Part shown: positions 14,600 to 28,577 of the stretch, one piece after another
How positions within the stretch are numbered: position 1 is the stretch's first letter
How the letters are laid out: every line of letters begins with the position of its first letter
Assembly (NCBI GenBank): GCA_964016885.1
Contig: OZ024750.1
Location: 19,220,001 to 19,284,000, forward strand
Direction of reading: 5' to 3'
DNA: 64,000 nt
Origin: Eledone cirrhosa
Lineage: Eukaryota
Position numbers and translations under genes: made by a program
The notes under the pieces: generated by a model
What the model saw: the letters and a program-made list of their open reading frames with translations, nothing else
Databases searched by the model: none
What the model was told of the DNA's origin: nothing

Positions 14600-14745
14600 G
14601 GCCTTCGTCGGTTTCAACAATGAGTGTTCCAGTTGTTCGATCAATGGAACAGTCTGCACGTGAAATTAACTTCCAGGTGCTCGAGCATTCCAGAAAAACT
14701 TGTATCTGTAACTAAGTTCTCAGGGGATTTCAGCGTGATACTGTC
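14600..14745 (-). mobile_element. 3' part of SINE family C
   Basis: Reverse complement similar to 54490-54632 (GTTAATTTCACG.GCAGAC). Confidence 0.6.
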
Positions 14746-14769
14746 TGTCATGCTCGCACTATAAAAACC

Positions 14770-14840
14770 TTTGTGAGGGCCGCAGGTATGCGTGCAAAAG
14801 GCCCCATGCGGTCTGCGGGCCGGATGTATGACAAGCCTGA
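14770..14840. mobile_element. Possible hAT-Charlie-like MITE terminus
   Basis: GC-rich GGGCCGCA..GCGGTCTGCGGGCCGGATG..AAGCCTG resembles Charlie-type subterminal repeats; other end not found. Confidence 0.3.
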
Positions 14841-15084
14841 TATACATATCTTTGGAGTACTCAACCAGTTACATGTTAATTCATGTGTCGGACGTTCGGT
14901 TGCCTGGATGCTCATCGTCGGAAAAAACGGAGAATCTATCATATATGATTACATGTTCCTAAGAATAAGTGTATTAGACAAAGGGAATCCTACACAGGAA
15001 CCTACAAAAGAAAGAAATATTACATACAAGGTCTACCTATTCATATGTGAAAGCGTGTGTCTTAGTGGTTAGAGTGTTCGGATG

Positions 15085-15580
15085 ACACACACACACACAC
15101 ATACACACACACACATACACACACGCATACACACACACACATTCAGATCTATATCATCATATAGAAGGTCCAACACACACAAACACACACAAACACACAC
15201 AAACACCCACACACAACAGACAGCACACTCACACACACAAAAACACACACAAACACACACTCTACACACAAACGCACACAAACACCCACCCCCGCACACA
15301 CACACACACACAAACACACACTTATACACAAACACACACACAAACACACACTTATACACCCCCCCCCCCACACACAACCCCCCACATACCCCCCCCCCCC
15401 CCCCTACATACACACATACACTACACACAAACACACAAAAAACACCAACCCCGCACACACACACACACACACACGAACACACACACATATACACACAAAC
15501 ACACATAAACACCCCCACACAAACACACACACAAACACAACCCCCCCACACACACAAACACCCCCACACACAAACACACT
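15085..15580. repeat. Degenerate (CA)n / C-rich microsatellite
   Basis: Composition. Confidence 0.95.
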
Positions 15581-15965
15581 TACATCTATGTCATCATATA
15601 GTAATGATATATTGATGTGTTCTTGTCAGTATAAATCTAAAGAACACGTTTAGGAGTTACTAGCATCCCTTGCCGTATAATAATATCCTGAATGGCTTCC
15701 AGTTTATCTGAAAATATAATAAATTTGTTTATTTAATCAATTTTAAGGAGGAATGGATTACAAATAATAATCCTTTGAAAGCAACTGTTTATAAAATATA
15801 TATATTTATATGCATATTTATATATATATATATATGTATATGTATATTTATATATATATATTTATATGTATATGTATATATATATATACAGTATAGATAT
15901 ATGTATATATATATATATGCATATATATTTGTATGTATATATATATGTATATGTATATTTAAATG

Positions 15966-16004
<39 letters not shown>

Positions 16005-16128
16005 ACATATATATATATACCTACATGTATATATATATATGCATATAAATAATATATATATATATATATATAATTTATATATGTATATATATATATCTTA
16101 TCAAATGATTCTAAGGACATAATTTATA

Positions 16129-16175
<47 letters not shown>

Positions 16176-16232
16176 CATACATATATATATACATACATAC
16201 ATATATATATACATACATATATATATACATAC

Positions 16233-16267
<35 letters not shown>

Positions 16268-16268
16268 C

Positions 16269-16333
<65 letters not shown>

Positions 16334-16352
16334 CATACATACATATATACAT

Positions 16353-16388
<36 letters not shown>

Positions 16389-16633
16389 TATGTAATATAT
16401 ATGCACTCACGCACACTCACACACAGACATACACACACACACACACACTAACAGACACACACACTCTTGTCAGTTGTCCTTTTATACATATTTCTACTTG
16501 AATGAAACTCATAGCTTCTATTTCCCAATCTCAGAGAATTAATCTCAAAGATTTACTGTTAAAATAAAGACTTCCATACAACTTCCTTTCATAAAATTGT
16601 TTTATGTTTTAAATACTTTTATCATGTTTTAAA

Positions 16634-17206
16634 GGGTGGTGAATTGGCAGTATCGGTAGAGGGCTGAACACCATGCTTTGCAGCATAGAGTTACATCCCT
16701 TTACGAACTGAGTTCAAATCCCGCCGAGGTTAACTTTGCCTTTCATCCTTACGGGGGTCGATAAAATAAAGTACCAGTAATACACTGGGGTAATTGCTGG
16801 CCTTGTGCCAAACGTAGAAACAATTATTTATTCAAGGCAGTATCGGTAGAGGGTCGGACGCCATGCTTTGAAGCATAGAGTTACGGCCCTTGCCATTCTG
16901 AGTTCAAATCCCGCCGAGATTAACTTTGCCTTTCATCCTTACGTGGTCGATAAAATAAAGTACCAGTAATACACTGGGGTAATTGCTGGCCTTGTGCCAA
17001 ACGTAGAAACAATTATTTATTCAAGGCAGTATCGGTAGAGGGTCGGACGCCATGCTTTGAAGCATAGAGTTACGGCCCTTGCCATTCTGAGTTCAAATCC
17101 CGCCGAGATTAACTTTGCCTTTCATCCTTACGTGGTCGATAAAATAAAGTACCAGTAATACACTGGGATAATTGCTGGCCTTATGCCAAAAGTAAAAACA
17201 ATTATT
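16634..17206 (+). mobile_element. Three head-to-tail family A SINEs
   Basis: Copies 2 and 3 nearly identical, 190-bp period, same 5' truncation. Confidence 0.92.
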
Positions 17207-17308
17207 TATTTAAAGTAATCCAACTTATTTTACTAACGGGATAAAAAAAAAATAATAAACCGTACGCAGTCCCGCACACCTTCCTTTATTATAGTTTAGA
17301 TCATTGCT

Positions 17309-17653
17309 GTCGTCATCATCATCATCATCATCGTAGTCATCGGCGTCGTTGTCGTCATCATCATCATCGTCATCATCATCACCATCATCATCATCAACAT
17401 CATCGTCATCATCACCATCATCACCACCATCATCGTCATCATCATCATCGTCATCATCATCACCATCATCATCATCGTCAACATCATCGTCATCATCATC
17501 ATCATCATCGTCGTCGTCGTCGTCATCACCATCATCATCATCATCATCATCATCATCACCTTCATCATCACCATCATCGTCATCATCAACATCATCGTCA
17601 TCATCACCATCATCACCACCATCATCGTCATCATCATCATCGTCATCATCATC

Positions 17654-17686
<33 letters not shown>

Positions 17687-17812
17687 ATCATCATCATCGT
17701 CGTCATCATCATCATCATCGTCATCGTCACCATCATCACCATCGTCACCATCACCATCATCATCATCATCACCATCATCATGACCATCATCATCATCATC
17801 ATCATCATCATT
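17309..17812. repeat. (CAT)n trinucleotide repeat with CGT/CAC variants
   Basis: About 500 bp; poly-M/S ORFs are artefacts. Confidence 0.97.
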
Positions 17813-17814
17813 AC

Positions 17815-18725
17815 CGAGGTCATTTACCCGGCTCTTTAGACTCTGAATTCAAATCCTGCAGAGTCCTACTTTGTCTGTCATCTTTTTGTCGTCGGAATAA
17901 TAATAAAATATCAGTTAAATACTGGGGTCGATATAGTCAACTTTCTTCTGCCCCCAAATCTATGCTAGAAAGAATTAATATTGTAACCATAATTTCCAGG
18001 GTTTTTACGTTTTGACTTCAAATGCCGGGGAGGCCAACTTTTTCTTTCAACTTTCTGGGGGTTGACCAAATAAAGTACTAGTTTAGTGCTGGGGTTGACT
18101 TAACCGACTTCCTCTCACAGAAAATTGCTGGCCTAGTGTCTCGGTTAAAATTTATTATTATGATCATCAGGATTTTTCAGCATAGAGTTACGGCCCTTTA
18201 CGGTCTGAGTTGAAATCCTGCTGAGGTTACCTCTACTTTTCATCCTTATGGGGTCGATAAAATAAAGCACCGGTAATCCATTGGGGTCGATTTAATCGAC
18301 TTTCCCCTCCCCCAAAATTGCTGGCCTTGTGCCTAGAGGGTCGGACGCCATGCTTTCCAGCATAGAGTTACATCCCTTTACAGACTGAGTTCCAATCCCA
18401 CCGAGGTTATCATTGTCTTTCATCCTTACGGCGTCGATAAAATAAAGCACCAGTAATGCACTGGGGTAATTACTGGCCTTTTTCCAAAAGTAGAAGCAAT
18501 ATTAGTATCATCATTATTTTCTGCTCTTTACGTTCTCGTTTCAAATCCCGCTGACCCTGTCTTCCGTCTATTTTTAGAACGTTATATGAAATATATACGG
18601 CTCTTTATGGTCTGAGTTCAAATCCCGCCAAGGTTAACTTTGCCTTTCATCCTTACGGGGTCGATAAAATAAAGTACCAGTAATGTACTGGGTTTTTGAT
18701 GGCTTTGTGTTGAAAGTAGAAACAG
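17815..18725 (+). mobile_element. Cluster of 5-6 partial family A SINEs of differing divergence
   Basis: Repeated box B/body motifs; last copy (18598-18724) flanked by direct repeat GTTATATGAAATATATA. Confidence 0.85.
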
Positions 18726-19777
18726 TTATATGAAATATATAAGTAGAATTAGATAAAATATGATTTAAATTAAGAGGAGGAGACCTAATTTCGTGGTATA
18801 TCACATAAAAAGGAGCATTCACATCGCAGCCCTCGTAACAGCGTGTCTACCACTAACTGGACACAACAAGGGAGGAAAAAAGAAAGAAAGAATGAATGAA
18901 TGAAAGAAAGAAAGAGCAGCAGTAATGAAAGGCTAGTTATAGATCCAATAAATGCGTGCAGACCACCACAGCCACCACCAACACTACGATGACCATGGGG
19001 TTAACGCCGACGACGACGTCTACCACCATAACCACAGCTCTCGCCACCTCCCCACCATCATCAATACAGCTCCTGCCACCACCACTCTCACCACTTCTCT
19101 CGCTACTATCGTCATATCACCATCTTCCTTACCACTACAAACACCACCAATCACATCTCGCTGTCCACCACAATCCTCTTACTATTATCTATATATTAAT
19201 ATTCATGTTTTTATCTTTTTAATATTTACAATATTTTTAATATCAAAATGTCTTTCATCATTGCATTATCTTTTATTGTTTCCAAACAGAATTTAAATTC
19301 TCTCTTAATTGCCTACTTAACATCGCAATGCAAATTACCAAGAGACAGCTCCCCCCAACAAAAAAAATGAGAATGAATATATATTTTGTTGCTTGGTTTT
19401 TATGTTTTTAAATATGATAGCATTTTTTTCCGTTAAATATGAGTGCTTTTTTTTTTTATTCTAATTTTTTAATGAAAGTCTATTACAGAGAAGTATGTTA
19501 TAACAATAAAACTATCTGTATTTTATGAATACTATAATGTGCAGTTTATAAATACGATTTTAATGTTAAAACAGGCGATTTCCAAATTTCTGAAAATTAT
19601 ACAAAATCTAAGTACATATGTTCTGGGGCAGATTTAAGATATGTGGTTTCGAATTTTAAAAATATTTTCTTTCTCAATGAGTGCTGTATGATTTATTTTA
19701 TAAATATCAATTTAATGTTATTTATAAAATGAATTATTTCGAAATTTATTTCGAAATAGTTTATTGTAAAGAAATGG

Positions 19778-19935
19778 TTTCTTCTATAGGTACAAGACCA
19801 GCAATTTTGAGGAAGGGGAAAGTCGATTAAATCGATCCCAGTGCGTGACTAGTGCTTTATTTTATCGACCCCGAAAGGATGAAAGGCAAAGTTAACCTCG
19901 GCAGGATTTGAACTCAGATTATAAAAGGCTGTAAG
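19778..19935 (-). mobile_element. Family A SINE, 5'-truncated
   Basis: TTTATCGACCCCGAAAGGATGAAAGGCAAAGTTAACCTCGGCAGGATTTGAACTC. Confidence 0.85.
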
Positions 19936-21076
19936 TTTATTGTATAGAAATGACGTCGACGTTCTAAATGTGTTTTCAATGTGTGCTATAATCTATATTT
20001 TATAACTACAGGCTTTACTGTTAAAATAAGGAAATTTCTCTTCTTTACAAAAGGAAAGGAGCTAGTTGTCAGAAATACTGCTTAAATACATATCTTTCAA
20101 ATGAGACATCTGTACAAAATCATGGATTACAGTGACAAACGCTTGTATAACATGAATGCTAGTCAGTAAGTACGTATCTGGTGAAAAGTCTAAGCAATAT
20201 GACCAGTAATTCCGTAAACTGCAGGTTTTACTTCAGAGTTTGCCACTCTTAGAAAAATACCGTAACAACAGCTCGAATTACGATTTCTGCATTCCCGCAC
20301 ATAAATGGGTTGTCAGGGTTGTCATAATTATGATTAAAGGGTCCCACCTACCCCGGTTTTAAAATCGGGGTGTCACTTTTCCTATACAGACCGCCATGAA
20401 AGGCTCATCATTTTTGTCTACACAGAGCAATCGGTTTTAAAGGATCAGTAATTCATTGCTTCATCACCTTGTCAGTTCCAAAAATCTCTACCACAGGTTG
20501 GCCAGGAACTGGTCTTGGGTTGTTAGGTCTATGAGAGACGTATAACGTTTGGGGCATTTTAGTAGAAAGTTGATTCTTAGGCCCATTCCCAACCCGACAA
20601 TAATAATCTTTCACAGAGACACACTAACACAGATACACATACAAACGCACACACACATACACACACAAACACACACGCACACACATATATATTTGCAAGT
20701 ACGTGTGTGTTTACGTTTGTGTTTATGTCTTATAGTTTACTAGCAAGACACCGGTTTAAAAACAAATAAAAATAAGTACAAGGTGGTGCCCAAGCAAGGC
20801 CGTCGTTTAATGACTGAAATCAGTCGAAGAATAAAGAAATAAAAGAATATCAGAAAATAATATATCATCGAATTGATGAACTTCTAAATAAATAAATATT
20901 TTCGAGAAAATGGAATTTTGAAGTATTTTCATTATTTCTTAATTCTAGTTATTCACTGGAATTCCTAAAATGTCTTGTCTTTTTGGCATTTGGTATTTAG
21001 AGAAATGTATTCAATTTAATTTATGCTTACGGCAGCAATTATATTTATCTTCCTAAACTCTTATATTTTGTAAATG

Positions 21077-21111
<35 letters not shown>

Positions 21112-21392
21112 AACACAGAAATATACAATAACGAAAATTATAAGAAACATTTATATTATTCTCTACACAATAGCAAAGTTTCTTTAAAAAATAAACATCC
21201 CTAAGGAAGTTATGAAGAAACAAATTCGAGGAAAGGGGTTACACTAAACTATAGTAATGTGATGTTGCCTTCAGCTTCACATTTAGTTTTGTTTGGAAAT
21301 TATTTGCATTCGTTTCATTCGTTAGTAAATATATGGGAAAGTGTTCTTTATGATTTTTCTTACCGCAAATATTCCCTACCGAAAGATCCACA

Positions 21393-21431
<39 letters not shown>

Positions 21432-21438
<7 letters not shown>

Positions 21439-21885
21439 GTTTGGAGTTGGAAGGCCAAGACAATGCAGGTATGGATATAGAATATAAATGCAAATGCAAA
21501 AAATATCGTTGACAATTAGTCTTTTACCTTAAATTTATTTAAATATCCTTAATTTTCGAGATAATATCTCTTCTTCGGAGGGAAGTAAAGGGGTTAATCC
21601 AGTGTTCTAATTAGCTTGCCAAGTCATGCTGACAGCATGACTTGGCAAGCATGACTTGGCAAGCTAATTAGAACACTGGATTAACCCCTTTACTTCCCCC
21701 CGAAGAAGAGATATTATCTCGAAAATTAAGGATATTTAAATAAATTTCAGGTAAAAGACTAATTGTCAACAATATCTTTTGCATTTGCATTTATATTCTA
21801 TATCCATACCTGCATTGTCTTGGCCTTCCAACTCCAAACGTTTATACCTCATTACGCAATGTTTCAAGTAAACTACAATTTCCTC

Positions 21886-21888
<3 letters not shown>
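21432..21888. mobile_element. Fold-back element: 200-bp inverted arms with decayed hammerhead core, ~40-bp one-sided tail, within (TA)n
   Basis: Arms 21432-21631 / 21633-21846, about 4 mismatches, 14-bp duplication at centre; CCGAAGA-A-GAGAT-ATT-ATCTC-GAAA-AT-TA-AGG at 21700-21731. Confidence 0.85.
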
Positions 21889-21914
<26 letters not shown>

Positions 21915-21920
<6 letters not shown>

Positions 21921-22369
21921 ATTAAATAAATGGAAACTATATTTATAAAACCATATTTATTTCATTATATATATTTCAGGGATATCATACTAACAATATG
22001 CTATGCCTTCCTCAGACAAAATACAATATAAACAGTTTTATAGATAAATAGATTTGACATACCGTAACAACATCGACTTGTATTTGAAAAGTTGAATTGG
22101 CAGTTCAACTTTTCAAATACAAGTCGATGTTGTTACGGTATGTCAAATCTATTTATCTATAAAACTGTTTATATTGTATTTTGTCTGAGGAAGGCATAGC
22201 ATATTGTTAGTATGATATCCCTGAAATATATATAATGAAATAAATATGGTTTTATAAATATAGTTTCCATTTATTTAATATTGTAAATATACTCCAAATA
22301 CTTGTCGAGTGCTTTTATATCAGTTATAAATATTTACTAGTTGTAACCCAACAATTTAAATATAACTTT

Positions 22370-22372
<3 letters not shown>
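21915..22372. mobile_element. Fold-back element: 182-bp inverted arms with hammerhead core, ~85-bp one-sided tail, within (TA)n
   Basis: Arms 21915-22096 / 22104-22285, no mismatch seen by eye. Confidence 0.9.
22177..22242 (+). ncRNA. Type I hammerhead ribozyme motif (mirror copy on - strand near 21958-22023)
   Basis: Stem I TATTTTGT/ATGAAATA; CTGAGGA 22185-22191; stem II AGG.ATA.CATA/TATG.TAT.CCT; GAAA 22223-22226; palindromic (AT) stem III ending in UA. Confidence 0.7.
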
Positions 22373-22405
<33 letters not shown>

Positions 22406-22735
22406 ATTCACAGAAACCAATCGAGGTTGTTGTAAAATATCCTTCGATACAGTTCAGGTTTGTTATTTAACCTGATTATATTTTCGTTGTTGTGGTGACT
22501 TCTGTGGTTTTGTCCCCTTAACCACAGTTTTCAATTTGTCACGCCATTTAACGTATGTGTATTACTTTAAGATGTAACTTATCGATTTATCGATATCTTC
22601 TTATTGGGTGCTTCGTGCAAAGCTTCCGAATATTGTTATTTCGAGGATTCTGGCCGAGCGCCGCAATTTCGATTTTACTCACTTCCACTCTTATATATAT
22701 ATATATATACAGAGAAAGAGAGAGAGGTAGAGAGA

Positions 22736-22776
<41 letters not shown>

Positions 22777-22944
22777 GAGGTATAACCTCGAACACGACGC
22801 CCTGCGGATTCGGCTTGTGCTCACTAAGCCGGAATCATATGGCGTTGATGTCTGGTTTATACCTTCCTCTATACCCTGCTTCTAATACATTGTGTACTCC
22901 CATGATTTGTGGTCACCCTGGTCTCAGCACCGCAAAAATATATG

Positions 22945-22983
<39 letters not shown>

Positions 22984-23138
22984 TTGTGTGAATTTATGAA
23001 ATGAATTATTTTAGAAATAGGAGCAGGTATGTCAGTGTGGTTAAAGATCTGATTTCGTATCTACGTGATATCGGCTTCCACTCTAATCTCGGATTGGTAG
23101 ACGGAAATTGCAGACGTGCCATTTGTGTGTGCGCGCGC

Positions 23139-23188
<50 letters not shown>

Positions 23189-23373
23189 ATGTGTATGTGT
23201 GTGCATGTGTGAATAATCAACAAATTCTCTTGACGGCTGTGCTCCAGCATTGCCGTAGTCTAATCATTGGAACCAATAAAAGAATCGAAGAATAAAGAAT
23301 GAAGAATATAATTAATTTTCAGTAAATTTCACAAGTACAAAAATACATTACTTTATCACACAGAAACCAAGAA

Positions 23374-23541
23374 TTATTTCGTGAAGGCCACTTTGGGAAA
23401 GACTACCCAACATGCTATGTTTTTGTGTATAATATCGAATGTGTTCTTCAGTTTTTTCTGGTAAGATATTTCGCTGTCATTTTTAGCGGGTGGAGGTACC
23501 ATGTAGAAGTACCCTGTTTGGTTCACCTGAGCTGCAATTTC
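23374..23541 (-). CDS. Candidate terminal coding exon (EIAAQVNQTGYFYMVPPPAKNDSEISYQKKLKNTFDIIHKNIACWVVFPKVAFTK*), gene unknown
   Basis: Complex non-repetitive sequence, 55 open codons after a CTAAT...TCTTCAAAG acceptor; no family recognised. Confidence 0.3.
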   Translation of the reverse strand, partial: EIAAQVNQTGYFYMVPPPAKNDSEISYQKKLKNTFDIIHKNIACWVVFPKVAFTK

Positions 23542-23743
23542 CTTTGAAGATATTATTATGATTAGAAAAACTGATAAAACTTTATGAAGAATCCATTTAA
23601 TTTCTTTAAAATTGAAATTGAAAAAAATAATAATAAAAAGAGATAGTTTCAACATCTGGAAGACACAAAGCACGTGTTTGTTTACACACACACTCACACT
23701 CACACTCACACACAGACACATATACTTAGACGCATTCATGTAT

Positions 23744-23777
<34 letters not shown>

Positions 23778-23793
23778 TATATACATATAAATT

Positions 23794-23840
<47 letters not shown>

Positions 23841-24092
23841 ATATACACTATACACAAGGAAAGAAAGAAAAAAACGGAAAGAAAAAAGAACGACGAATGG
23901 GAGAAAGAAAGATGCATATATATGAAAATAGAAAGTAATAGATAACATAAGCAAACAAGAGAGATAGAGAGAGAGAGAGGGGGAAAACTGACAGGGAGAG
24001 ATAGAGATAGAGATAGAGATAGATATATATAGATAGACAGATAGATAGAGAGAGTGAGAGAGAGATATTTAGATAGATAGAGAGAGAGAGAG

Positions 24093-24134
<42 letters not shown>

Positions 24135-24568
24135 TAGAAAAAGACAGAGGGAGCTGTTATAAATATAAATATTTAGAAATATAGAAATGAAATGAAACAA
24201 TAACACAAGAAGAAACGACGAACAAACACATTTAGTTACTTTCTGATAAATTTTGTGTTAAAAGAAGACTTTAACATATTCAGTGAGAGTCGGGTTGCGT
24301 GTCAATATAAACGTCTGTAATTATATTACGTAATTAAGGTGAAAGAAACAAGTGTATATCACGCCAGTTAGCTTCCATCATAATTTGGCACCTTACACGG
24401 TAAACAAGTGGAAATAATATCCTTAGACCTCCAGCTACGAAAGATTCCCCCATCCTGGTAATCACAATGGCAATGTTTTTGCCAATTATATTATATACCA
24501 TGCAAGCTGGTAGTTGCAAAACCAGAGTGATGGAGATGTAGAGATGAAGGAGTAAAGAAAGTGGGGGG

Positions 24569-24868
24569 GGGAGACAAAATGAAGATAGGGGGTAGTAGGA
24601 GAGATAGGGAATAAAGAGAGGAAAGAATTTAAGAACTTAGGAAGCGAAGGAGTAGGAGAAAATTATGAAAAATTAGTTGTAGTATTATAAAATGTGAGGA
24701 GGGGAAGATGACAAGAGGAGTGGGGAGACAAAGTGAAGATAGGGAGGGGTTAGTAGGGGAGATAAGTGTAGTAGGAGAGATAGGGGATAAAGATAGGAAA
24801 GAATTTAAGAACTTGGGAAGCGAAGAAACATTTTAGTTGTAATGTTATAAAATGTGAGGAGGGGAAGG
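24569..24868 (+). repeat. Diverged tandem duplication of a ~150-bp purine-rich unit
   Basis: GGGGAGACAAA.TGAAGATAGGG...GGAAAGAATTTAAGAACTT...TTATAAAATGTGAGGAGGGGAAG twice. Confidence 0.85.
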
Positions 24869-25139
24869 TTGGAAAAAATAAAGTATTTGGTAAATTTAAT
24901 TGAAAAACTCTCGCATTTGGTGCTTTTGATGATGATGATGATGATAATGAGGATGATGATGGTGGTGGTGATGATACTGGTGATGGTGGTGTGGTTGGTT
25001 TTTGTTGGCGGTTATTTTAGTGGTTGCGATGGTTGTTATTGTAGTAGTGTTATTTTTGGTGGCGATATTGTTGTTAGTGGTGTCGGTATTGTTTGGGGTA
25101 TGTTGCTAGTTATATTGTTGGTTGGTTGAAGTAGTTGTA

Positions 25140-25765
25140 TTGGTGGTGGTTGTAGTGGTGTAGTTGTGTCCGTGTTGTAGTGTTGGTGGTGGTTGTAGTG
25201 GTGTTGTTGTGTCCGTGTTGTAGTGGTGGTTGTAGTGGTGTAGTTGTGTCCGTGTTGTTGTGTTTGTGGTGGTTGTAGTGGTGTAGTTGTGTCCGTGTTG
25301 TTGTGTTTGTGGTGGTTGTAGTGGTGTAGTTGTGTCCGTGTTGTTGTGTCGGTGGTGGTTGTGGTGGTGTAGTTGTGTCCGTGTTCTTGTGTTGGTGGTG
25401 GTTGTAGTGGTGTAGTTGTGTCCGTGTTGTTGTGTTTGTGGTGGTTGTAGTGGTGGTTGTAGTGGTGTAGTTGTGTCCGTGTTGTTGTGTTGGTGGTGGT
25501 TGTGGTGGTGTAGTTGTGTCCGTGTTCTTGTGTTTGTGGTGGTTGTAGTGGTGTAGTTGTGTTTGTGGTGGTTGTAGTGGTGTAGTTGTATCCGTGTTGT
25601 TGTGTTGGTGGTAGCTGCAGTGGTGTAGTTATGTTCGTGTTGTTATGGTGGTGGTAGTTGTAGTGGTGTAGTTGTGTTGGTAGTAGTTGTAGGGGTGTAG
25701 TTGTACTCGTGTTGTTGTATTGGTGGTAGTTGTAGTGGTGCAGTTGTGTTCGTGTTGTTGCTGTT
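25140..25765 (+). repeat. GT-rich minisatellite, ~43-bp unit
   Basis: GTGTCCGTGTTGTTGTGTTTGTGGTGGTTGTAGTGGTGTAGTT repeated about 10 or more times. Confidence 0.92.
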
Positions 25766-26198
25766 GGTGGTGGTAGTAACGGTTGTGTTGGGGATTATGA
25801 TAGAAGGTGTGTATAATGATGATGATGATGTTGATGATGTTGATGGCGAAGCTGTTTGTAATTTTGGTAGTGGCTATGGTTGAGTGATTGTGTCGCTGGT
25901 TGTGATTCTGGCTAAAGTAATGGTACTGGTAGTGGTTGTGCTGGTGGCTATAGTGGTGGTCCTGGTGGTAGTTGTGGTGGAGGTGATGGTGATTGTTGTG
26001 GTGATTGTTAGTATAATAGTTGTGCTGAGTTTGTTCAGTCTGAACAAACCTCAAACCCAGCAACGCAGTCAACTATTTTTTGTACTAAATTTGACTCTAC
26101 ACCCTATTCCGAATCATATCCTCAATAAATAATATGTCGTGTTATTTATCACATAACAATCGTATCATACAAAAATACACATACACACACATTCGGTC

Positions 26199-26266
<68 letters not shown>

Positions 26267-26403
26267 CTCTATCTATCTATGCAGCTAGCTATCTAGCTAT
26301 CTAGCTATCTCACTATGTATGCATGTAAGTATGTATGTATGTATGTATGTATGTATGTATGTATGTATGTATGTATGTATGTATGTATGTATGTATGTAT
26401 GCG

Positions 26404-26432
<29 letters not shown>
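26199..26432. repeat. (CTAT)n, (GTAT)n and (TA)n compound microsatellite
   Basis: Direct reading. Confidence 0.95.
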
Positions 26433-26436
<4 letters not shown>

Positions 26437-27250
26437 TGTTATATTTGGGGAGGGTCATATTGTTATATTGTTATAATATTGACAGAAATAATAATAGAAC
26501 ACACTCACTGTTTGGTTTGGATTGGCTTTCGCTTCTGTATCTTTTATATCTTCATAGTTAATTTATTTGGCAATCAATGTTTAATATAATATATACTGTA
26601 TATATATATATATATATAGGTGAATATTTTGAGGTTGTTTTTTCGTGCAGATCGAGTAATCACGTAGAACCGTCCTCCATTTGTTTCCCCCTCTTGTCTG
26701 CATGCTAGTTTTAACTTATGTCCCCATGCACCTTCCATACAATCTTCAATTTTATTTAGAACTTTCTAATACACTTTTTTCCACTCGTTTATTCTTTAGC
26801 GAAATAATCCTGGCAAAAGCTTTTATTCTACATACATTATTAATTGTGAATGTATGAATATAATTTATATAATCTATATATACTTCTTATTGACAGAAAC
26901 ATTACACAAGGAGATGTATGAGCCTATAAGTGAATTTCTGCGTCGTAGCGTGACTTGCTAGAAATAATCCCCAAATCTCTGCAAAATAGTACATTGGAAT
27001 TATATAATGTTTTCTTGTGTCTGCTGATATATATAATTGGATGCTTAGTAAAATTGAATCTTTGGCGGTGTGCAAGCAAATTCGACCTATTATATGAATG
27101 AGTTAGGAAAGCACTCGACAAGGTAGGTCCTTAGAATAATAACATACGTTTAAATAGCTTGACAAATTGAACAGTGTGGCAGGCAAAATCTAACACACAA
27201 TACCAAAGTAACGAAAGAACTAACAGGTTGAGAAAAAAAAACTAACAGGT

Positions 27251-27324
<74 letters not shown>

Positions 27325-27379
27325 GTATATATGTATGTATATATATATATATGTGTGTATATATATATATGTGTGTATA

Positions 27380-27460
<81 letters not shown>

Positions 27461-27497
27461 GTATATATGTATGTATATATATATATATGTGTGTATA

Positions 27498-27545
<48 letters not shown>

Positions 27546-28537
27546 AGTGTGTGAGTGTGTGAGTTTATGTATGAAGTTAAGTATGTCTGTAAGTGAGTGT
27601 GTGTATTCGTCTGTATGGAAGCTTACATAATTCTCTGTGACTGTGTATGTGTGTGTGTGTGTGTGCGTGTGTGTGCGTGCGTGCGTGTGTTTGTATAGTT
27701 CTAAGTGTCAATGTGTGAATGCCTCTTCGTCTGTGTATGTGATTGTGGGCGTTCGTTCTTGTATAATTCTCTCACTCACTGTTTTTGCATAATTCTGCGT
27801 TTCTGTGTGTGTCTGTGTGTCTGTGTGTGTCTGTGTGTGTCTGTGTGTGTATGTGTGTGTCTGTGTGTGTCTGTGTGTGATTGTGTGTTCGTCTGTTAGT
27901 CAGTGTATGTGTTTGTGTATTTATGTGCTTGTATTTTTCTCTATGTATATATGTGCTTATATAATTCACTGTGTCTGTAGGTGGGTGTATGTTTATCATA
28001 TATTTTCTTCACATCTAAATTTTCCTCTGTGTTCTCTACCTCAATCTAGACCGTCTCTTGACCCGATGACCTAAATGAATTGGAAGTCAAATTAGCAGAG
28101 CAATCAACAGTGAATTTCTGTCCTGTGTAGCCGACAAGATATATGGTATTATTATTTTCACTGTATTCTTAAAGATAAGAGTCAAATAGCCAGCGGCCTC
28201 ATGTGATTATTGAACAGTGAGAGAAAATATGGCTACTGTGCGTTGAAAAGATATTTTTGTATTTTACTGAGACTCATAAACAATGTTGTTCAAACATTTT
28301 ATATCCATCGTGTCTAATGGAGAAGAAATTTTCATGAAATTTTCTTCTGAACTACCTTAAATAATACTGCGATTAGAATGGATAAAACTATGTTATTTTA
28401 ATTCAAAAATAGATAGAACGAACGATAGACATACACAGTGGATATACACATAGATAAATCATTTGGTAGAAAGATAAATAAATAGGTCAATGGATATGTA
28501 GGTAAATAAATAGGGAGATAGATAGATAGAGAGAGAA

Positions 28538-28568
<31 letters not shown>

Positions 28569-28577
28569 GTGTGTAGG

